Shown: positions 51,642-64,000, counted from the first letter of the stretch. The stretch: DNA of 64,000 bases from Gordius albopunctatus (GCA_964276515.1 OZ193910.1:2542001-2606000); one strand, 5' to 3'. Program-made: numbers and translations. Notes: generated by a model from the letters alone, not told the origin.

Positions 51642-52296
51642 TTATTTTTCTTGCAAGCATTTAACTATATCCTTTTCAAAACTCTAAAATAAAAAATATA
51701 GATATATTCAAAATTTATATTACAAAAGGTTCTTCTTTAGGGCCGTATCTATGAACCACAAAACCATGCCGATTGACCAAAAATTTTGCAAAATTCCAAG
51801 AAATATCCCTATTTGCATAATTATGATAATTTTAAGTAAGATACTCTTCCTTTTCTCCATTAGCAGTTTTCAAAAATTTATATAAAGGCAAACAATTTTC
51901 TCCATTTACATCAATTTTTGAGAACAAATCAAATTTAACATGATATTTAGCAACAAATTTTAGAATTTCTTCAGGTGTACCAGGCTCCTTAAACATTATC
52001 TAAATAGTGTAAATAATATTACCTGGTGGCCAAATTGATTACAGGGAAATGCTAAAATTTTAAAGCCATCTGCCTCATATTTTTCATAAAGTGATTCTAG
52101 TTGGGTATAATTTTTGTCAGTCAAACCTCAGAAGGATGCAACATTAACAATTAAAACCACTTTTCCCCTAAATACATTAATACAAAAAAAATTATATTAT
52201 AAATTACTTGTATCTGTCTAGGCTAATTTCTTTGCCATATATTGTCTTTACATTATAATCATATATGGTGGTAGCACACGCTTTTGCATCACTCAT
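51642..52296 (-). CDS. GPX4: Selenocysteine-containing glutathione peroxidase, GPx4/PHGPx-like, 167 aa, 5 exons
   Basis: Exons (minus): 52296-52208, 52167-52023, 51987-51845, 51808-51724, 51683-51642; introns 40, 35, 36 and 40 nt, all GT-AG. Protein: [81 protein letters not shown]...[18 protein letters not shown]...[22 protein letters not shown]...CLQEK*. The TGA at 52130-52128 is at the catalytic position. The GPX4 label means GPX4-like; orthology is not established. Confidence 0.95.
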
Positions 52297-53139
52297 TTCA
52301 CAAATTTAAAATTTAAAAAATCAGCCGTTTTTCAGGGTTCTTATACCATAATTTTGTAACAAGAGGATTAGCGTACCAATGAATATTTGACCCTAAAAAA
52401 AGCAACGGATTTTTGGCAATTATAGAAAGATCTTTTAAGTAAGTATTAAATTCAAAACGTCAGCCTTTTAATCTCAATTGTTTTTTGAAAACAAAATCCT
52501 TACACAGTTGTTAAATCATTACATTTTTAATTGAATCGTCTCGATCCCGTTCAGCTCCAAAATAAAGACATATTTAGCATTATAAACCCAAATCAAAGCC
52601 TTGATAAATTTCATACAACCTCGTTTGGTCTTTTTGGTAAAATTTAATTGCCATCATGTTTCTTTCGAGGGATAGGTTGGCGCTCCACATCATAATTCTT
52701 TAAAATTCCCCACTTATTCAAAAAGTATTGCGAACGTTTGACAAATAAAATTTAACTCTTGATATAATCTGTGCCTCCTCCAAACCCCATAAATTTTTAT
52801 TTTTTTAGAGCGAATTCTAAAAAATAAACAGATTATTACATTTATAAATAAGTAATAAGAAATACAAATATAATAAATTTACATAAACTATACAATAATA
52901 AATAGAGGTCTGCAGGGGTCGGTCATATAAAAAAACTAAATAGAAAGTGAGGGCATGAAGTTGAGTCCTAAATAAAAATTTACTGTAATTTGTTTAATCT
53001 TTTTAATAATTAAATACCGAAGAAATGCTTATGATGTGTTAAAGGTTGTAATGGTTGTTATAGAAGGTGTTTTTTTTCTCGTTGTGTTTTCAGATGTTGA
53101 ATATGAATAATAGTTTATTTAAATGAATTGCGAACACAT

Positions 53140-53703
53140 GATGTTGAAAGACAGATTAAAACCCTGCCATCTAAGTAGAGAGGAGCCATCCTTTCAGATT
53201 GCCGACGAAACTCAAGTTGAAGCAACGACCCAAGATACAGAAGAACCAGCCAAAGAAACTAGAAAAGGTAGAAAAGTCCATTGGCTAAAAAATCTCCGTG
53301 AATACATCACATAAGTTTTAGCTAATTTATATCGACACATTTAAAACCTTAAATATATCTGGAAAGGGGAGTATTGTGGCGTTTTAAACATTGGCGACAT
53401 CAAGTAACAAATTGACTACTTCACTACTTTTGTTTTTCCATCTATCCATCCAAAAACTCCCTACATATATATTTAATATCATCCCAGTTTCTTTTCCGCT
53501 CGCTATTCTTAACAATATGTGTTCGCGATTCATTTTAATAAACTATTATTCATATTCAACATCATGTGTTCGCGATTCATTTAAATAAACTATTATTCAT
53601 ATTAAACATCATGTGTTCGCGATTTATTTAAATAAACTATTATTCATATTCAACATCTGAAAACACAACGAGGAAAAAGACACCTTCTATAACAACCATT
53701 ACA
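53140..53703 (+). mobile_element. Ty3/Gypsy remnant: integrase C-terminal tail, polypurine tract and LTR (53375-53703)
   Basis: Encodes DRLKPCHL...TRKGRKVHW..LREYI*, then PPT GGAAAGGGGAG, then TGTGGCG...CCATTACA (TG..CA). Confidence 0.7.
53511..53657 (+). repeat. 47-bp tandem repeat, three full copies plus a partial, within the LTR
   Basis: Units start at 53511, 53558, 53605 and 53652: AACATCATGTGTTCGCGATTCATTTAAATAAACTATTATTCATATT(C/A). Confidence 0.9.
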
Positions 53704-53982
53704 TTATTACCTAAACGAGATTTTAAGTATCTTAACAACTGGAAGGGGGTGCGGTCTTCAAGGAATATCCCAGAGAACAAATTCCTTATTCTCTTTTCGT
53801 CACTGTCTCCTAGTCTTTTAACGATTGCTTCCTTCAGTTTGTTGTAAGGGGCGGATTCTGGAACCGCGAATATGAGGTCTGCCACCTCTTCCGCGACTTC
53901 TGGGGGTAGTGACTCGACAAGGTAGAAATACTTAGTATTCTGCGATGATATGTTGCGTGTGTGAAACACGGCTTCTACCTGC
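53704..53982 (-). mobile_element. Gypsy gag N-terminal fragment
   Basis: Encodes QVEAVFHTRNISSQNTKYFYLVESLPPEVAEEVADLI...PYNKLKEAIVKRL..SDEKRIRNL....LEDRTP.QLLRYLK, a typical invertebrate Gypsy gag N-terminus. Confidence 0.8.
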
Positions 53983-55912
53983 TAATAAATTAGGTTTATT
54001 ATGTTAATAAAGTGATAAATAAAATAAGACATATTTTTTATGTGTTAATAAATTTAAAAATTAAGTGTTTAATGTCAAATAAATAGGTTCCCATGATGAA
54101 TAAGCACATATTTTTTGTTATTTACCTAAAATCAGGGTTTAGTCGAGTGCTACTTTTGAGCGTACTTTCTGTAAACCAATCGGGTATAAAATAGCAGGTA
54201 AACCCTATAAAGTTGATTGTATATTATTAAACGATGATAGATATTATGCATATATGTATAGAAATCAAGATATCCAGCGAATGAATATATTATTTAAAGC
54301 GGAAAACAATTTCCTCAAAAAGTTTACGCGGTGCCTTGCGTAACCGGCTCTCCCTTTTTTTGGCGGATCTTTGGGTTTGCTTGGTGTATCCATGACGTCA
54401 CGCAGCCTTAGTTTTTTGAAATGTTGGAACTAAATTCTTATACCTCTTCTTCAACTGTTTGGTCCTTGTCTTGTATTTTCCAATATGATGAACTTGATCT
54501 TCCTTCCATATGTTAATGTGTAATTCTCGTCCAGAATTGATCTGCGTGGTTTCTTAAATCCTTACCTTGAATTCCAAAACTATATCGGATTACGGTTCCT
54601 TCCCTCCATACTGCTGTAACTTCATTTATATTCAAACAGGATTATTATCAGCGAATTCGTTTGAACATCTTTTGTCTTTTCAAAAAAACCACCAGCAGCC
54701 AATATTTGTGACTTATTTTCAACCAGCTTTCATAAATGAAAGAGCGTCAGGGGCTGGAAGTATTTTCCTATGTGCACTTGTTAGAGGTAACTTTACAAAA
54801 ATTCTGATGCCTCTAAAATATCAGGAATTGTATGTAAAGTGTCCTCAGTTTCACAATTAACAATAAAATTTTTAACAAATTTTTATTCTTCGCCTCGATC
54901 TCCAACAAAAAATAAATTTAAAACATTAAAAGTTGACACTATTTTTTGTTTTGAGTAAATTATTTGCTTGAATTGTAAATACCTAATTAAACTTTCCTTG
55001 GACTTTATATCAATACTAGATGCCCGGCAAATATTGTTTTGCCATTTACCCGGGTGTATTAAATTATGTTGGAATTTTAGCGTTATTGAAGTAAAAATAA
55101 AGTTTGATGTCTATATGTTCTGCTTCTATTGTTCTATTTCCGTATAATAGATTAAGAATATATCAAATAGAATTGGTAAGTGTTTATTATGCAAAAATTT
55201 TTAAACAAATAGTTAAAGAGGGTCCAAGGCCCAGGCCCACCCAAGAGAGAAAACCTGGCCCCATGCCCCCCCCCCCAAAGGAAAAAATCTTTGGCCCCCT
55301 GGCCATTCAAGCAATTTTTTGTAATTAAGAAACAATATCATAATTATAATTATTTGTTTCTGAATAGAACTTTTAATTCTAAACTTAATAATGTCCGAAG
55401 AACTGAGATATATCAACATTTATTGGCACTATGTTAAAAATATTTTCATTTTTCTCCTTATTTACCGCGAAAAAAATGATAAAATGAGATTTTTTAATTT
55501 ATTTAGCCACGCAGGAGGAGACACAACCGTCCTATAATAATAATTGACGTTAAAAATAAGCAAAAAAATGACTTTGATTTAAGGTTTCAAATCGTAAAAA
55601 GTTTCCATTTTCCACAGCACATGCCTACATTTATCACACTACACTACCTACACGCATGACGTTTTAGAAAATACTATAAGTGATACACTTTTACTAAAGA
55701 ACTGTTTATTGACATTTTCAAAGAACACGATGAGGTTGCGTTTGATTGACATTCTATAAAACGTCAAAACGTATAAAACAAACTAACTCCGATTTGGCTC
55801 GAATAAATATTAAAACATGCTCCGGAGTGTCAGGAATAAACTGTGAAATTTTGAGGCAAATCGGTCTGGTAGTTTTCCAAAATTGGTGGCGGCATACACA
55901 CATAGTTTCATA

Positions 55913-58592
55913 TCTATATATAAAATTCTCGTGTCACGGTGTGGTGTCCTCAACTCCTCCGAAATGGCTGGACCGATTAAGATGGAAATTTCTGCGAATG
56001 ATTGGTAGGTCTGAGCCTAGGTTTTAAACTATATTTGAAATCCCTAAGTCATAAGACGGTTAAATTATTTTGTTTTATACGTTTTGACGTTTAATAAAAT
56101 GTCAATCAAACGCAACCTCATGACGTAATGCGTATCCATCGTGTTTTTTAAAAATTTGAATATACAGTTCTTTAATAAAAGTGTATCACTTATAGTATTT
56201 TCTAGACCGTCATGCGTGTAGGTAGTGTAGTGTGATAAATGAAGGCATGTGCTGCGGAAAATGGAAACATTTTACGATTTGAAATATTAATTTACAGTCA
56301 TTTTTTGCTTATTTTTCACGTCAATTATTATTATAGGACGGTCGTGTCCCCTCCTGCGTGGCTAAATAAATTAAAAAATCTAATTTTGACATTTTTTGCG
56401 TGTTAAATAAGGGGGAAATGAAAATACTTTTAACAAAGTGACAATAAATGTTGATATATCTCAGTTCTTCGGACCTCTAAGAAGGGCTCCACCCCTAACT
56501 CCTAACAAGGTTATTGTCCTCGGTTCTTTGGTGTTAGGTAGCGCCCCCGGACCCGGTGTTGTTTTTTGTTGAGCCTTTAACCTAGGCTCTTCTACACTTC
56601 GCTGAAAAACATTTCATTTGTTGTGAAATTTAAGCAGGGGAGAAAAACATACCTTAATGTTTGAGGGCTTGGCTACGTCCATGCTTATACCGGTTGCTCT
56701 AAGTTTTTATGAATTGTCTGAGTACACTGATAGCTTATTGCCCAAAGTAAGGTTTGTGGGCAATGCTTGCTGTATATCTAGGCATATTTTAAACAAAGAG
56801 GAGGATTTGCTTAGGAAGTGTCATATATGATGTTGTATACATAGACTAATTAGTTTTATTAGTCTATGGTTGTATATGTGAATACGTATATTTGTATATC
56901 ATTTTCTACTACAGATTATATTATTGCTATAATTATATATTTTAATATTGTAACCAAAATCCGAGTTGGTAATTAACATATGTTTTCATTGTTATCCTAA
57001 TAATAATATATTTTTCTTTAGTTTCCCCACCCCGGCCTTAGTATCAATAAAATGATCTTATTATAAGTTGATTATTTCTAATTTTATTATATTGTTTCTA
57101 ATTATAATAGGAAGTTAGGGGATATTCGCATGTTTCGGAAATAACCGAGAATAATGATGTTGCTCCGGTCGCCTCGGGCCGGGCTCATACAAATTAACGT
57201 AAGACAGTGGTCATTTTATGGAGCATTTTAAACCTGGACTGTGGATTATTAAAATAATTAAATAAAGATAGAATACATGTGAACAACCAAGTGAGTTTAA
57301 AAAAACCTTATTTTTTGTCGAACTTGACATTATGATAATAAATTAATTAAGGAATGAATAATTGATTAATAAGCATCGGCATTAAACACCAGGTAAGGAA
57401 AGTTTATAAAAGCCACAGAGATGAGAATTCTACTGTGGAGCTTGGCTTAAACTAAGCTCGATCATATGACGAATGACTTTCTCATGACAAAAATGAATAT
57501 TCAACCTATGGCAGACATGATTAAGGAAAATCGGTTAAGGGGGTATGAAGATATACTAAGGGGGACACGAATGACCTAAATCAAAAAGTACTGGACATGG
57601 AGGTGCCGGAGAAGAGAGGAAGAGGACGACCCCGTGTCTCATGGAACTGGCAAGGCGATAAAGTTATGAAAACTAAAGAGTAGTCAAGACATGGCACTCA
57701 CCCGGTCAAGATCAAGAAACTTATCAAAACAAACCCCACGACCGTGGGACCAAATAACTGATAAAGAAGAAGAAGATTCAAACAAAGAGCTTAACCCCTG
57801 TACCCCGGCTGTTGCTGCCCCTCTAAACCTTATTCAAGGGGCTCCGCCGCTTAAACCTCTGTCTACTTGCTGTCTTTGTGTGGCCTTATTAGGCTCTTCT
57901 AAATTCGTATGGGAGCATTCATTTGCTATGCAATTTAAGCAATAGTAAAAATTAACGGAGGGAAAATTGAGGGTAGAGGATCGGCTACGTCTATAATGGT
58001 ACCTGTTGACTTAAACTACACAATATATCAGCCTAATACGATACCAATGAGACCATATTGCAATAAAGCTCGGTTGGCGGCCAATGATATACCTAAAGTT
58101 TCTAAGCTGATGTAAGCAGAATTGTAGTTTGCCCAAATAAGTGAAAAACTGGTCGCGCGAAAATATTTTCAGGCGCAAAAATAAAAAGTTTTGATTGAAG
58201 TCCGAAAACGGCCATTTGCCAGAATCGTGATTTTGCGGTAGGACCAAAAAAGGTTTTTAGCACCTTTAATAAAAAAAACAAACCTGTAGCAATTTACAAA
58301 TTAAATAATTCTTTAGGCATGTATTAAATTTGACAGTATATTTATATAGGCAAAATGTGCAAAGCAAAGCAATAAAAAATTTGATGTTAAGTACTACTTT
58401 GCTTTATGTGTTTATATTTTGTATTTAGCGTGTTAATTCTTCCCACATTAAGTTCGTGAATTATTTCCCATAGGCCAATTATATTTTATTCGCTCATTAT
58501 ATGATCGAGGCATAAGGATGAGCATGCACACCACCTATAGTACTTTCTAGAAATAATGTATATGGCAAAAAAATGTTTGCCGGGTCAGCTAG
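55913..58592 (+). mobile_element. Second non-autonomous Helitron, nested in the first in opposite orientation
   Basis: a|TCTATATATAAAA at 55913; hairpin GGCAAAAAAATGTTTGCC at 58564-58581; CTAG|t at 58589-58592. Confidence 0.78.
57370..57776 (+). mobile_element. 5'-truncated RTE copy with (GAA)n tail
   Basis: Homologous to 61395-61800 (inverted) and ends GATAAAGAAGAAGAAGA. Confidence 0.85.
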
Positions 58593-59266
58593 TTTTTATA
58601 TATAAGATTACCAGGACCCTGAGAAAATATAGAAGCAAATGACTGTATTGTTTATTCTTTGTTATTTATAAACTTTTTAATATCTCTTTATTCATAATAT
58701 TTTTGATTTCTTATGTCTGCTCATTATTTATTCCATGAATAATTTATTTGCTCTTGTTTGCTTGGTTTTCTTTGCTAATCCCTGAAATAGTTTTGGAAAT
58801 TACTTAAACCAACTCATCATTATTTCTCTTGCTACCATTAATGAAGGAAGTCTTGGGCTTTATTTATTGACATTCATGATTTATTAAATTTAATTTTGAC
58901 ACGTTCCCCCTTAAAGAGCAAAAACCGGGCCCCATGGGCCCCCCAAGGAAAAAATCTTGTAAGCCATTTTTTTTATTTTATCTTAATTAAGAAAAAATAT
59001 GAAGATTATAATTATTTTATTTTGAATATAACTTAATTATAATACAAATTCTTTATAATAAGGCGAAAGATTTAGCTTCAATTTTTGATTTAGTATCATC
59101 TAAACGTATTAAAAAACCAAAAAAGTATGACACTTTATATTCTTTTGAATCTCATTAATTAATTTCAAAATTGATTTATATTATCCTATCATCGATAGAG
59201 TAATAGCAGATTTAAACATAAGATTTCGGAAATTAATTGTAATTTATATAAGTCCTTAGAAGGTTT

Positions 59267-59432
59267 CATGGGCGTAGCTAACATTTGAATTAGAGGGGGG
59301 CAATAATGATTTAGGGAGGGGCAAAATGATCATTTTTTCAAATTTCAGCCATAATTTTAATAAATTAAACAAATTTATGGATTTAGAGGGGGGCGACCGC
59401 CCTGCCCCCCCCCCCCTTTGGCTACGCCCATG
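59267..59432. mobile_element. hAT-type MITE (CATGGGCGTA family)
   Basis: TIRs CATGGGCGTAGC...GCTACGCCCATG, with TSD GAAGGTTT/GAAGGTTA. Confidence 0.85.
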
Positions 59433-59799
59433 GAAGGTTATAACCCTTCATCCCCTTTTTTACGATAAATATCTTTTATCAGAAATAATTAACCATTATG
59501 AATTAAAACAGTAAGATGCCGAAATAATAATGGCTAAAAATTATGCAATATATTAAAATTCTTTACTTTCGAATAAAATAAAATGCAATGATATTTTTTA
59601 ACTTATTAAAATTTTGCCCTCAATAGGGTTTCCAAATTTAATTATTTTTATTAAAATAATTTTAACTATCCCAATAACTTCATGTTCATGCGAAAGATCA
59701 TTCTCATTGCTAAAATGTATTAAAACTTATCTTAGTTCCACAATTGGACAAGATAGGTTATCTTCCTTAGCTTTATTGAGCTTAGATTAGAACATGAGT

Positions 59800-60325
59800 T
59801 TATAAATGTCATTCCCCTTGATGATGTTAGAAATTCGTTTGCAACATCGAGTGATAGGCGTAATTAACTACTATTAAATGACTAATTTTAATATTTAATG
59901 AAAAATTATCTGGGCATTTAAACTTGTTTTAAACTTTTTTACACTTTCAAAAATATTAAAATATTATTAAATTTACGAAAATTCCATCCTTTTTCCATCT
60001 CATATGCTTATTGTTTAACATATCTTTCATATTTTTATGTACCATATGCACATATAAATCTACAGATTTTCCAAAAAAATAGTTTGTACACCATTTTTTC
60101 CCCTTTATTAGTGATATCTCATCAAAAGTTTGATAAATTAATAGTAATAAAAAATTCCTGAATTTCCTAGAATAGTTAACGCATCAAAACCTTTAAGGAT
60201 AAAAATCCCAAAAAATCATTTTGGTGTGTCATTGGATTCAACAAAATGTACACAAACGATAAGTTGTTTTGTGCATCTCACATCTCTAATTTCATCTAAA
60301 ATTATTAAGTAAAATTTTGAATCAT
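59800..60325 (-). pseudogene. Highly degenerate hAT transposase relic (ZMYM1-like)
   Basis: SKFYLIILDEIRDVRCTKQLIVCVHFV...*FFGIF.LKGFDA resembles the FSIIxDETxD..EQLSICxRYV...FLGF catalytic region. PITRC is a possible decayed TRW motif. Confidence 0.55.
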
Positions 60326-61089
60326 TTAATTTTAACAGAATATATTTTGGTTCATTTAGCCGGTAAATTAATTAGTTCAATTTTATTTTTAGGTGGTTTT
60401 AAGGGGGGGAGGGGAGGAGTTGTGAAAATATATCTATTATATAATCAGGGGCAATAACTTTTAAATACTCATTCTCGAGCGAATTTTTATTTCATAATAT
60501 TTTTTTTATATTTTATGTTATAATTACGCCTTTTGATGATCTAGCCTTAGAAAATGCTTTCAAATGTTCTCATTGTTTCCCTGATATAAATGCCGACTAA
60601 AAATGCTGCCAATACTGCATATGTAAAATTAAAATTTGTTATATATATGGCCAAGATTTTTTGGGGTTGTGGCAATAAAATATTTTTATAAAAACTTTGT
60701 TGTATAGTTTTTTTACTATTTGTATTATTTTTTTAAAATGTCAACGATTTCTTGTCAATATCCCCGTTCCACTTTGTGCCCTTACAATTCGCTTATACAA
60801 AAACATATTATACCAAGTGAAATTTTTTATACTGTTTCAACTACATTACTTTGTTTTATTTATCAATAAATTTTATTTATTTTATTCCCTAGAAACATGG
60901 GGGTCTAAGACATACCACTGTGGTGTTGTTAGAAAAAATTGACAAAATAGTAGCGGAATTTTAAGTTTGTCTAACGTTTATGAGGGGAAAAAATTTTCAT
61001 TTGTGTTTCACCCATGGTCGTATCCAGATTTTGAATTAAGGGGGGGGGGGGCAAAACTTAATTTTTTTTTAATTTTTAAGAGTTTTTGT

Positions 61090-61260
61090 TGGTGATGCGG
61101 AAAAACCGAGAAAAATCTCGGTCTCTTCTCTTCTCGAAAAATCTCGGTCTCGTCTCTTCTCGAAAAACCGAGACGAGACGAGAATTTGAAAAATTGAGTC
61201 GAGATAGAGACGAGAATTTTGACCTCGAGACGAGACGAGATTTTATCAGCGAGATCTCAG
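61090..61260. mobile_element. Terminus of the (CGTCT)n hAT-like family
   Basis: TGGTGATGCGGAAAAACCGAG..., the inverted homolog of 11990-12135. Confidence 0.7.
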
Positions 61261-61394
61261 CTTTATTTTTTGTTTTTTACTATTGAGTCTCAATTTAGCT
61301 AATTAGAAATTTTTATTTTATGAGATTTACAGTTAGGATATTAAATGCAAATGAATTCCATTTGACCATAATAAGAATTAATATAACCTTCACC

Positions 61395-64000
61395 CTTCTT
61401 CTTCTTCTTTATCAGTTATTTGGTCCCACATTGGTGGGGTTTGTTTTGATGAGTCTCTTCCATCTTGACCGGGTTAGTGCCATGTCTTGACTAATCTCTT
61501 TAGTTTCCATAACTTTATCGACTTGTCTTTTCCACGTGACACGGGGTCGTCCTCTTCCTCTCTTCCCCGGTATTTTCATGTCTAGCACTTTTCGATTTAC
61601 GTCATCCGGGTCCCTTCTTAGTATATGCCATACCACTTTAGCCGATTTTCGTTAATCATGTCCGCCATAGGTTGAATACCCATTTTTGTCATGAGAAAGT
61701 TATTCGTCATATGGTCGAGCTTAGTATACCGCAAGCTCCACCGTATCATTCTCATCTCCGTGGCTTGTAATAGCTTTCCTTCCGTGGTGTTTAATGCCCA
61801 TGTTTCACTTCCATAGAGTAACACCGGTCTTACGATGGATTTGTAAGTTTTGCTCTTCAACCATATTGGCATTTTCTTGTCGCACATTACACCAGATATA
61901 CTTCGCCATTTAAGCCATCCTTTTTGAATCTGGGCATTGATTTCAGTTGCGCCCCCCCCCTCTTGATGTAGCATAGACCCGAGGTAAGTAAACCTGTCTA
62001 CTTTTGGGTACTTTAGGTGGTCATTCAGCGATGGGGTGCTTGTACCGTTCATTTCCATGTATACCGTTTTTCGATCGTTGACCTTTAAACCATATCCAGC
62101 TAAGCGCTTTGACCACTTTTCTGCATCTTCGAATACCTTCTCCCTTGTTTCCTCGCATAGTACTATATCATCGGCATATAGCATACACCATGGCGATGGC
62201 ATTTGAAAGTCCCTCGTTATCGTGTCTATAATTATATTAAATAAAAAGGGACTTAAAGCAGAGCCTTGATGTAATCCAATATTAACCCGAAAAGGTTTAG
62301 AGTCTCCAACTGTCGTCCTAACGCAAGAGTTTGAGGCTTCATAGATATTTTTCATAAGCCGTATATATGCGTCAGGGATATTTTGTTTCCTCAGGCACCA
62401 CCATATTAAATCTCGAGGGACCGTGTCATAAGATTTCTCCAAGTCGATAAAAACCATATGTAGGTCTTTCCTCTTTTCACCATACTTATCCATCATTTGT
62501 CTTAGGGCGAAGATTGGGTCGATTGTGGATTTGCCGGCCACGAATCCGAATTGATTAGCCGATATTTCCACCTCGTTTTTCAGCCTTGTTACTAAGATTC
62601 TTTCCATAAGCTTCAAGGAGTGGCAAGTTAGCTTGATACCTCTGTAATTGCCGCAGTCCTAAGGGTCTCCTTTTCCTTTGAATAAGGGTATAATCTTGCT
62701 TGCTCTCTATTGATTAGGGATTCGCTCTCCGAGCAATGCTTCCATAGGTATTCCATCTGGGCCATTTGCTTTTCCTTTTTGCATCTTGTTCATTTGTGTC
62801 CTAACTTCATCCTTCTGAAAGAGTTCGACCATATTTATATTTGGCTCAATTTCGGGAAGGGAATCCTTGTCATTTGAAATATTCATAAGTTTCTTAAAAT
62901 ATCCTTTCCACCTTTCCATCACTTCCTTCGGCTTGAATAAGGTTTGACCCTTCTCGCATATTTTAAAAACTCCGACATCTCGACTTTTCTTCTCCCTTAT
63001 CTTGGCCAATTTGTACATAAGCCTATCGCCCCCTTTATGATCCAGTTTGTTTGCCATCTCGGTGTACGCAGCATTCTTCGCTTTTGCAACGGCCTTTTTT
63101 GCGGCCCTCTTTGCGTCCCTGTACTCTTGATAATCCTCCGACTTTTTTGATTTATGCCACCGTCTATATAGATTTTTCTTTATTTCGATGAAATCTTTAA
63201 CCGATTGATCCCACCACCATAGTTCCCTATTCATAGCTTTACCTCCTTTGGTCTGTCCTAGAACACGAATCGCTGTTTCCTTAATGTCCTTAGATAGCGT
63301 CTCCCAATCTTCGTCTACGTCCCTTTGCAACTTCCTTGCACCGAAGAGTGAGGAGGCTTTTTGATGGTATTCTTCGTTCGTCGACGTATCCTTTAGCCTT
63401 TCGTATTGAATTCGAGGTTCATATACCTTTCTTCTTTCAGGAAATACTCTTCTGTCAAGGTCCATAACAAGGGGACGATGTTGCCTGGCGATTTCTTCTC
63501 CCGGTATTACTTTGCAATCCTTGATACTCCATAAGTCCTTTCGCCGTATAAGCAAATAGTCGATTTGACTAAAATGCTTCCCACTTCTATAGGTCACAAT
63601 ATGATCTTCGCGCTTTTAAAAATAGGTGTTAACGATCGTCATGTCATATGCTTGGGATACTTGGAGAAGTTTTTCCCCTTCTTTGTTCTTCAGACCATGC
63701 CCATAGCCTCCATGATTGCGTTCATACCCGAGGCGATCTTTCCCTACGTGAGCGTTGAAATCGGCCCCAATAATTAGCCTTTCTTCTTGCCGGATTCCTT
63801 GTATTTCCTTTTCCAATGATTCGAAGAATATGTCTTTCTCTGATTCCGAACACCCAATTTGGGGAGCATACGCGCACATAACGGTTAGGAGGCCCCCTTG
63901 ATCCGCAATCTTCACCCACATTAGCCTGTCGGAACAACGTTTGACTTCCACCACCTTGTCCTTGAATGATTCGCTTAGAACGATACCGACCCCGTTTCTA
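61395..64000 (-). mobile_element. RTE-clade LINE, degenerate, running off the window end
   Basis: APE region (YAPQIGC, GADFNAHVG, QIDYLL), RT (QFGF, FIDLEKSYDTV, GLHQGSALSPFLF, YADD) and LLYGSETW, with a (GAA)n tail. In-frame stops at about 63616 and 62659; frameshifts at about 62715 and 61630. Confidence 0.92.

Larger units (their letters stand above)
55016..58607 (-). mobile_element. Non-autonomous Helitron (same family as 8822-9823), interrupted near its 5' end
   Basis: 3' hairpin and CTAG|t at 55016-55045 (minus); body 55016-55912; remaining 5' end TCTTATATATAAAA at 58607-58593. Confidence 0.8.

Noticed and set aside
52128..52130. GPx as a pseudogene because of the in-frame TGA
   Set aside because: The TGA is at the catalytic Sec position, the rest of the frame and all splice sites are intact, and a SECIS is present.
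53511..53657. 47-bp repeats as a CRISPR array
   Set aside because: The units are head-to-tail with no unique spacers, lie inside an LTR, have no cas genes nearby, and the context is eukaryotic.

Overview
This is AT-rich eukaryotic (invertebrate-like) genomic DNA with spliced genes, not a prokaryotic window. I assembled four intron-containing genes by hand, each with GT-AG boundaries and consistent phases: STIP1/Hop (minus, 539-4733, 13 exons), an ASPP-family ankyrin+SH3 gene (plus, 19767-32768, at least 12 exons), TATDN1 (minus, 34785-38620, 9 exons) and a GPx4-type glutathione peroxidase (minus, 51642-52296, 5 exons). The ORF track misses the peroxidase entirely. It has an in-frame TGA at the catalytic position and a well-formed SECIS hairpin just after its stop codon, so it is very likely a selenoprotein. 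Many introns are only 34-51 nt. The rest of the window is dense with mobile DNA: a LINE with an intact 959-aa APE+RT ORF, a degenerate RTE-clade LINE and fragments of it, non-autonomous Helitrons (one nested inside another), several hAT-type MITE families with 8-bp TSDs, hAT transposase relics (two as an inverted pair in an ASPP intron), a rearranged Gypsy remnant, foldback elements and a hammerhead-ribozyme-like fragment. All family assignments come from motifs I recognised by eye; no database search was run.
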